A stretch of 22,025 bases of DNA from Candidatus Iainarchaeum sp. (lineage in GTDB: Archaea; Iainarchaeota; Iainarchaeia; Iainarchaeales; JAFCCJ01), in NCBI GenBank assembly GCA_043816965.1, contig JBDRHK010000056.1, forward strand, positions 1-22,025, in the 5' to 3' direction. A model generated the notes under the pieces. The model searched no databases. It saw only the letters and a list, made by a program, of their open reading frames with translations, and had not been told where the DNA came from. Both the position numbers and the translations under genes were made by a program. Shown one piece after another: positions 16,011 through 22,025 of the stretch. The first letter of the stretch is position 1. Each line of letters opens with the position of its first letter.

Positions 16011-17090
16011 TTGGTCTTTGAGAAGAAATCAGTAAGGGTATTTATAATTATACTTTCAGTCTACTTTTTCTTTGTGGCTATTAAGCTAATGGGGGAAAGC
16101 TTCAAGCTTTTTGGGGGAGGCATTGCAGAGGGGCTTATGACCGCAACCTCAAACCCGTTGGTCGGATTGTTGATAGGCCTGCTCGCAACTTCAATTGTCC
16201 AGAGCAGCAGTGTAACCACTTCGATTTTGGTGGGGATGGTCGCTTCAGGGGTTATAGGGCTTGAGGCCGCAATACCGATTGTTATGGGGGCAAATATAGG
16301 GACAACCATCACAAACATAATTGTTTCCCTCGGCCATATGCGGGCAAGGGACGAATTCAAAAAGGCCCTTGCAGGGGCGACAGTCCATGATTTTTTCAAC
16401 ATTATTGCGGTCGCCATACTCCTCCCCCTCGAAATCCTGTTCCACCCTATTGAAATAACTGCAACAATTCTATCGGATTTATTTGTCGGGGTCGGGGGAA
16501 TAACTTTTGCCTCACCAATCAACATAATAGTTTCCCCTGTTGTATCGGTATTCATATCCCTCTGCATGGGGAACCCAATAATACTTTTGATAGTTGCTCT
16601 CGCACTTTTGTTTCTCACCCTGAAATCATTGGTTACGAATATGAGGATTCTCGCCATTGAGAAGATTGAAAATTTCCTTGATGTTTACCTTTTTAGGACT
16701 GCCCTTACCGCATTTCTTGTGGGAATGGTTTTCACAGCAATTGTGCAGAGCAGTTCAATTACAACTTCCCTGGTAATTCCTCTGATCGGGGCCGGTGTCC
16801 TCTCAGTGAGGAAAATGTTTCCTTATGCACTGGGCGCGAATTTGGGAACAACAGTTACCGCATTCCTTGCAGCAATGGCGGTTAGCGCACCCATTGCAAT
16901 TACTCTTGCCCTTTGCCATTTTCTTTTCAATTTATATGGCATAATCATAATTTATCCGTTTAGGGCAATTCCTATAGCAATGGCTGAGAAATTCGGGGAA
17001 TTTGCGGCAAAAAAGCGGAGATTGGCGATTGCGTATATCGTGCTAAGCTTTTATATAATTCCGATAATATTAATACTTTTAATGGGGTGA
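16011..17090 (+). CDS. nptA: Na+/phosphate cotransporter (NptA / SLC34 family)
   Basis: Duplicated QSSS motifs (IVQSSSVTTS, IVQSSSITTS), GANIGTT/GANLGTT and ATVHDFFN. Confidence 0.92.
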   Translation: MVFEKKSVRVFIIILSVYFFFVAIKLMGESFKLFGGGIAEGLMTATSNPLVGLLIGLLATSIVQSSSVTTSILVGMVASGVIGLEAAIPIVMGANIGTTITNIIVSLGHMRARDEFKKALAGATVHDFFNIIAVAILLPLEILFHPIEITATILSDLFVGVGGITFASPINIIVSPVVSVFISLCMGNPIILLIVALALLFLTLKSLVTNMRILAIEKIENFLDVYLFRTALTAFLVGMVFTAIVQSSSITTSLVIPLIGAGVLSVRKMFPYALGANLGTTVTAFLAAMAVSAPIAITLALCHFLFNLYGIIIIYPFRAIPIAMAEKFGEFAAKKRRLAIAYIVLSFYIIPIILILLMG

Positions 17091-17094
17091 AAAA

Positions 17095-17763
17095 ATGCTG
17101 AAAGAAATCATTGATGTATGGACAAAAGAAGGCCTTTTGAAACAGAGCAGGGAAATAATCCTGAAAATGTTTGACGAAACAAGGCTAATGTATTCGGAGT
17201 CAGCCCTGTCATTCAAGAGGCCGAGAAAGGTAGCGTTTGACATAAACAGCAGGGATAAAACTGTTGATGAGATGCAGATGGATGTCAGGAAAAAGGTTTT
17301 GGAACATCTTTCAATTTCCCCTGCGCAGGACATTACAGCATCCCTGATATTCATTTATGTTGTGGACGGCCTGGAGAGGATTGGCGATTACTGCAAGAAT
17401 GTATATGACCTCACCGACATCTTCCCGAAGAAGATAAGTGAGGGAAAGTATATGGCTGCCCTTAATGAAATTGAGCCAATGATTTCCGCGAATTTTGATT
17501 TAACAAAGGAGGCCTTTGAGGAATCGGACACAAAAAAGGCGAGGCAGGTTGATACAAAACACCTCGAGGTCAAGAAAAAGGTTGATTCCCTGATATTGAA
17601 AATAATGAAGGATCCCTCACTTAAAGCAAACGAGGCGGTGAGCTATGCCCTGTACGCAAGATTTTTGAGAAGGATCGACAGCCACCTGAAAAACATTTCA
17701 ACGGCTATGTTCAACCCTATCCAGAAAATCGGCTACAAGCCTGAGAAAGGCAACGGGGGATGA
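17095..17763 (+). CDS. phoU: PhoU family phosphate uptake regulator
   Basis: DKTVDEMQMDVRKKV, LERIGDYCKN and LRRIDSHLKNI; adjacent to the Na/Pi transporter. Confidence 0.88.
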   Translation: MLKEIIDVWTKEGLLKQSREIILKMFDETRLMYSESALSFKRPRKVAFDINSRDKTVDEMQMDVRKKVLEHLSISPAQDITASLIFIYVVDGLERIGDYCKNVYDLTDIFPKKISEGKYMAALNEIEPMISANFDLTKEAFEESDTKKARQVDTKHLEVKKKVDSLILKIMKDPSLKANEAVSYALYARFLRRIDSHLKNISTAMFNPIQKIGYKPEKGNGG

Positions 17764-17814
17764 ATTCAACCTTCCTTCGGCAATTTTAAATACTAGTTTC
17801 GCCTTTCTATTTGA

Positions 17815-18132
17815 GTGGTAATTGTGGCAAGACGGCTATTTGAAAAACTTGCAAGAATGCGTGCGAAAAAAGGTGCTAAAAGAGTTTCAAAAAAGGATGG
17901 TGCTGTGCCATCTATTGAAAAGGCGAGGAAAATTTGGGGAAATACGGGGGAAAGGGGTCCAGCAATTTATATGAAAGATGACCAGGGGGTGTATTTCAGG
18001 TTTACCCAAGGTCAGGTAGAAGAAGCTGAGAAATCTGGCTTTCGCGTTGTTGGTGATAAGGAATTTGACGGTGATTTCAAAAAATCTGGCGGCGAACTAA
18101 TAATGTGGTCCGCAAACAAGCCAAAACGTTAG
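17815..18132 (+). CDS. Hypothetical protein
   Basis: 105-aa ORF with TTTAAATA ~30 bp upstream. Confidence 0.55.
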   Translation: MVIVARRLFEKLARMRAKKGAKRVSKKDGAVPSIEKARKIWGNTGERGPAIYMKDDQGVYFRFTQGQVEEAEKSGFRVVGDKEFDGDFKKSGGELIMWSANKPKR

Positions 18133-18250
18133 CGAAAGAAATAACTATTCCCACTCAATTCCTCTGCGAACGCTACGATAGTGAATTAGCGGGGTATAAC
18201 TACATTTTTTTCAGAATTTGTAGGTACGACACTTTTTCCAATGCTGATGT

Positions 18251-19207
18251 TCATTTTACTTTAAGGAATTCCTTAACCTGCCTGAAGTATTCCTGCAGGG
18301 AAAATTCCACGAAAGCCTTGTACTTGCCTGTTTCCGCACCCCTGATTAAGCCTTTGAAGTATTCTTCCTTTTTTGCTGAAATGTTCAGCAGCGGGAAATT
18401 GCTGTCGATAAGTGTTTTGTTCAGTATGAGCCTGCAAATCCTCTTGTTGCCATCAAGGAAAGGATGAATCATGTAGATTTTTGTATGTGCGACAAATGCC
18501 TTTTCCAGAGGGTTCAGGTCAGTAAAATGGTACCATTCAACAAATTCCCTGAAAAGCGCGGGAATTTTTTCCGGTGACGGTGGCTTGAAGGCAATTTCAA
18601 CTCCTGCCGGATTTTTGTGGTCCTGCTTGTATATGTAAACCCGCCGGTTCCTGAGTTTTCCCGGTGTTTTGGTTTCAAATTGCGACATTGCAACTGCATG
18701 CAGTTTCAGAAGGTATTTCTCGTCAAGGCTCTTCTTCTTCCTTATGAAATCAACTGCCTGCAGCATATTTTTGCTTATTTTCTCCCTGACATTCAATCCG
18801 CCATGCTTCTCCAAAGCGTTTTTGACATCCTGTAAATCAACATCAACATCTTCAGTGGTCAAGGTTGTCAGTGTGAATAATATGGTACTGTCAACATCGT
18901 ATTTCCTCCTTTTGACAGATGACATCGCGTTATATTTCTTGTAAAATCTGTCCCTGAACAGGGCTGCTTTTATCAAATCGTCTTTAGATATGATCTCGTT
19001 GGAATATTCTTTCCCAAATAGATTTTTCACCAACTCCGATTTGAACTCATTTTCAAGCCTCGCCAGTTTCCTTTTCGAGGGCTTTTTTATCCCGACATAT
19101 TTGCTGAAGCTTTTAGGCTTATCTAATACACGATAACTTAGATGAAGATAATAATATTTCTCGCCTTTTACTTTTTTCTTTCTTAGAGACACACAATAGT
19201 TAGGCAT
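18251..19207 (-). CDS. Fic/Doc family protein with N-terminal basic domain
   Basis: HPFLDGNKRICR Fic motif, PGKLR and FTLTTLTTED (position of the inhibitory helix). Confidence 0.9.
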   Translation of the reverse strand: MPNYCVSLRKKKVKGEKYYYLHLSYRVLDKPKSFSKYVGIKKPSKRKLARLENEFKSELVKNLFGKEYSNEIISKDDLIKAALFRDRFYKKYNAMSSVKRRKYDVDSTILFTLTTLTTEDVDVDLQDVKNALEKHGGLNVREKISKNMLQAVDFIRKKKSLDEKYLLKLHAVAMSQFETKTPGKLRNRRVYIYKQDHKNPAGVEIAFKPPSPEKIPALFREFVEWYHFTDLNPLEKAFVAHTKIYMIHPFLDGNKRICRLILNKTLIDSNFPLLNISAKKEEYFKGLIRGAETGKYKAFVEFSLQEYFRQVKEFLKVK

Positions 19208-19275
19208 ACAACTTTATTTAAATCCGTCTGCCTAACCGGTTAGGCATACAAAATATCGCAGAAACGTATGCCTAA
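19199..19275. promoter_or_regulatory. Four TGCCTAA boxes including an 18-bp perfect palindrome (candidate fic operator)
   Basis: TGCCTAACCGGTTAGGCA at 19229-19246. GTTAGGCATACAA at 19199-19211 (over the start codon) and 19239-19251. GTATGCCTAA at 19266-19275. Confidence 0.7.
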
Positions 19276-19305
19276 TGGTGGTGATAAAAATAAGTTATGT
19301 ATAAG

Positions 19306-21108
19306 TTATTCCCACTCAATTGTTGCCGGCGGCTTATGTGTTACGTCATAAAACACCGCGCCAATTCCCTCCAATGAAGTAATCCTTTCCACCATTTTTG
19401 CAATAACCTCCCTTGGCAGCACCGCAAATCTGGCAGTCATTGCCTCGCGGGAATGGACAGGCCTTAAAACAATTGATTCTCCTTGTCCGTTCACCTCAAC
19501 AGGAACCAAAACTGTGGGAAACTGCCAGATCTCATCATCCAAACCTGCGGCTCCCAATTCCTCCATTGAAATAGCATCTGCCTCTCGCAATAAATCAAGC
19601 CTTTCCTTGCTCAAATACCCCTCAAGCAATTTAACAGATTCAATTTTCTCCGGGGCCAGGGCAAAAACCACACGGTTTATTTCACTCATGCTGTTTGTAA
19701 GTTTTGTGGAGCATTCCTCCAGTTCCTTGCAATTCATTTTTCCCTCAAGGGCGAGCACATTCCTGTAACTACGTTCATCGCCCTGCACACCCACTGCCTT
19801 TACTGGCAGGGGAACTGCGTTAAAATCAAAATTCCAACTGGAAATTAATTCATTTGCCTTCTCCCCCAATTCCTCTAAATTCCCCTCTTTCCCATCAGAG
19901 CAAAGCGCTCTTATGGCTAAACCAGGCCCTGGGAAGGGGTGCCTGTTCACAAGATTTAGCGGCAAGCCCAGTTCCTGGCCCAACTCCCTTACCTCGTCCT
20001 TGTACAGCAATTTCAGGGGCTCAATAAGCTTCCCCTTTTCAATAAGCTCCTGAATTGCCTTCACCCTGTTATGGTGGGTTTTAATCAAATCAGCATTTTT
20101 AGTTCCTCCGGTTTCAATTGTGTCTGGATAAATAGTTCCCTGCCCCAAAATCCACTCATCAGGATTCAAACCCAGTTCCGTTATCTGCCTATCTGCAATT
20201 TCAACAAACAGGGCACCAATAATTTTCCTCTTGTCTTCAGGGTCGGAAACCCCTTTAACCGCGTCCAAAAATTCCTCACCGGCATCAAAGACATGCAATT
20301 CCTTCATCCCCAATTTATCCAGTTCCCCCTTAACAGTCCTGCTCTCATCCTTTCTCATAAATCCGTTGTCAACATGCATTGCGTAAATTCTCTCGCCTCC
20401 CAGCGCGCGGTGTAGCAAAGAAAGTACAACTGAACTATCAACACCCCCGCTCACAAGGAGGAAAACCTTCTTTTCTCCAACCTCTTCCTTTATCTCCCTA
20501 ATCTTCTCCTCAAGGTAATTTTTCATGCCCCATTCCTTTTTGCAGCCGCAGATATCGAGGAAGTTCCCAAGGATTTTCATACCTCCCTCAGTATGCGTAA
20601 CCTCAGGATGGAACTGGAGCGCAAAGATTTTCTTTTCGGGATTTGTGATTGCCGCAAATTCACAATCTTCAGTAGAGGCAAGTTTATCAAATTCGGGAGG
20701 AATCTTTTCCACCTTGTCCCCATGGCTCATCCATGCTATGGAATTATTTTTGGTTCCCCTAAACAGATCATTTTTTCCCTTAATTTCGATTTTTGCGGTT
20801 CCATACTCCCTGACCTTTCCCCGCTGAACCTCCCCGCCCATCTCCTTTGCTATAATCTGCAAACCATAGCACAGGCCGAGAATTGGCTTCCCTAAATTAA
20901 AAATTTCAGGGTTGAATGAGGGCGCATTTTCAGCGTAAACACTCGCCGGGCCGCCGCTCAAAATGATTCCGCAGCAGTTCCCCAATTCCTCTTTTGATGC
21001 AGTAGGGGGAAGAATCTCAGAATAAACCCCCAATTGCCTCACCCTCCTTGCAAGGAGATGTGTGTACTGGGAACCAAAATCAAGAACAAGAATTCTTTCG
21101 TTGTCCAT
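19306..21108 (-). CDS. guaA: GMP synthase (glutamine-hydrolysing), fused GATase and ATP-PPase domains
   Basis: LDFGSQY, SGGP, GLCYG, QFHPE, SGGVDS, QGTIYPD, IKTHHN, HPFPGPGLAIR and KPPATIEWE. Confidence 0.98.
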   Translation of the reverse strand: MDNERILVLDFGSQYTHLLARRVRQLGVYSEILPPTASKEELGNCCGIILSGGPASVYAENAPSFNPEIFNLGKPILGLCYGLQIIAKEMGGEVQRGKVREYGTAKIEIKGKNDLFRGTKNNSIAWMSHGDKVEKIPPEFDKLASTEDCEFAAITNPEKKIFALQFHPEVTHTEGGMKILGNFLDICGCKKEWGMKNYLEEKIREIKEEVGEKKVFLLVSGGVDSSVVLSLLHRALGGERIYAMHVDNGFMRKDESRTVKGELDKLGMKELHVFDAGEEFLDAVKGVSDPEDKRKIIGALFVEIADRQITELGLNPDEWILGQGTIYPDTIETGGTKNADLIKTHHNRVKAIQELIEKGKLIEPLKLLYKDEVRELGQELGLPLNLVNRHPFPGPGLAIRALCSDGKEGNLEELGEKANELISSWNFDFNAVPLPVKAVGVQGDERSYRNVLALEGKMNCKELEECSTKLTNSMSEINRVVFALAPEKIESVKLLEGYLSKERLDLLREADAISMEELGAAGLDDEIWQFPTVLVPVEVNGQGESIVLRPVHSREAMTARFAVLPREVIAKMVERITSLEGIGAVFYDVTHKPPATIEWE

Positions 21109-21141
21109 AAAAAATTACTGAACAGCATGTTTTTAATTGCT

Positions 21142-22025
21142 TCATATGGCGTCTTCGCACTCTTCCCTAAGTATGGGGTGCAATATTTTCTCGCAGAGGG
21201 CCTTATTCAGGAAGTGTGTCGCATACTGGTATCTGCATTGGTTGGCGGAATCATATTTCTCAGTGGGAAAGTTCTTGTCTATGTTATTGCACAAATCAAT
21301 GTCCTCTATCTCAATCGCAATATTCCCGAAACACCTTATATATGGTTTTCCGGCATGTATTTTTTTGCACAGCTCCAGGTCAAGTTTTGAGATGGCGATA
21401 GATGAATAGCAGCCATCAAGCCTATTGTAATCCTTCACCCAATAATCGCTGCAAAGGTTGGGGTTGTTAGTGGCCACAGCAATCTCATTAACACAATCAT
21501 CTCTCAGACTGAAGTTTTCCAGGATATTATTGCATGTGCCTGAAACTTTTGTCTTAATTGCCATGTCAAAAATGCAGTCATATCTCTGATCCCTATCCGG
21601 GAAACTCTGGCAAAGCTCAAGAGAGGAATGGTTTGCATCTGCAAGCTGCTGCAAACAATCAACAGTATGGCTCTCGAAATTCATCTCATTGCAGTAGATG
21701 TAGTTCTTGCTCGATTGCGCAACATTGCCTATGCAGGAATCAAACGCATTTACATCCACTATTTTCTGGCATGCCTCGTAATTGGCATTGCCCTCACTGG
21801 CCCGTATGAAACAATGGTTGGATAGATTTGCGTCAATTATTTTAGAACAGAGTGCGGCATCCTTTGTTGTATCAAATATTTCCATATTGCACTCATCCCT
21901 ATAGTATGAGCCCTGCCTGATTTCAGTTGTAATCAAATTGCAGATCAAATCACTTTTCTTTTTCTGCGCAATATCATAAAAACAGTCGTCCTGAATAAGT
22001 GTTGAAAGTATCGGGAAACACTCTT
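21142..22025 (-). CDS. Cys-rich repeat surface protein (5' part outside the window)
   Basis: The frame stays open to the window end. Repeats of ~27 aa, C..I.....RD.C...IA....D..LC, typical of DPANN/CPR secreted proteins. Confidence 0.8.
   Translation of the reverse strand, partial: ECFPILSTLIQDDCFYDIAQKKKSDLICNLITTEIRQGSYYRDECNMEIFDTTKDAALCSKIIDANLSNHCFIRASEGNANYEACQKIVDVNAFDSCIGNVAQSSKNYIYCNEMNFESHTVDCLQQLADANHSSLELCQSFPDRDQRYDCIFDMAIKTKVSGTCNNILENFSLRDDCVNEIAVATNNPNLCSDYWVKDYNRLDGCYSSIAISKLDLELCKKIHAGKPYIRCFGNIAIEIEDIDLCNNIDKNFPTEKYDSANQCRYQYATHFLNKALCEKILHPILREECEDAI

Larger units (their letters stand above)
18146..19321. mobile_element. fic-carrying islet inserted at the guaA 3' end, flanked by 15-bp direct repeats
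   Basis: TATTCCCACTCAATT at 18146-18160 and 19307-19321. On the minus strand both read ATT GAG TGG GAA TAR (IEWE-stop), the last codons of guaA. Confidence 0.75.

Noticed and set aside
16061..16657. 198-aa antisense ORF and the other short shadow ORFs in the track
   Set aside because: They lie opposite or within well-supported genes and have no motifs of their own.
19277..19305. dif/Xer-like site GGTGGTGATAA-AAATAAG-TTATGTATAAG
   Set aside because: The spacer is 7 bp rather than 6, the sequence is AT-rich, and there is no convincing partner site at the other end of the islet.

Overview
This is archaeal chromosomal DNA, probably from a DPANN-like lineage (TTTA[A/T]ATA TATA boxes, GGAGG/GGTGA ribosome-binding sites, archaeal wHTH/RHH regulators, Cys-rich surface proteins). 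The left ~13.9 kb looks like the right part of an integrated element, ending at a duplicated tRNA 3' end (13883-13903, probably tRNA-Ala). An unannotated 33-aa ORF with a strong RBS reads through this site, as expected for an int(N) fragment of a split SSV-type integrase. The element core is a divergent wHTH/RHH switch, a 35-aa ORF, a minimal MCM-like AAA+ ATPase with a C-terminal HTH, a ~127-bp array of 10-bp-phased TGACA repeats in inverted arms, a 57-aa ORF, an HTH-fused terminase large subunit and a four-helix-bundle gene. No portal or capsid gene is visible, so it may be a capsid-less packaging satellite. About 9 kb of AT-rich membrane and secreted cargo genes lie to its left. The right part holds host-like genes: a PIN/UPF0175 TA pair, a Cys-rich lipoprotein, a Na/Pi cotransporter with PhoU, a fused GMP synthase and a Cys-repeat protein. 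It also holds a 1.18-kb fic-only islet flanked by a 15-bp duplication of the guaA 3' end. All calls were made by reading motifs by eye; no searches were run.
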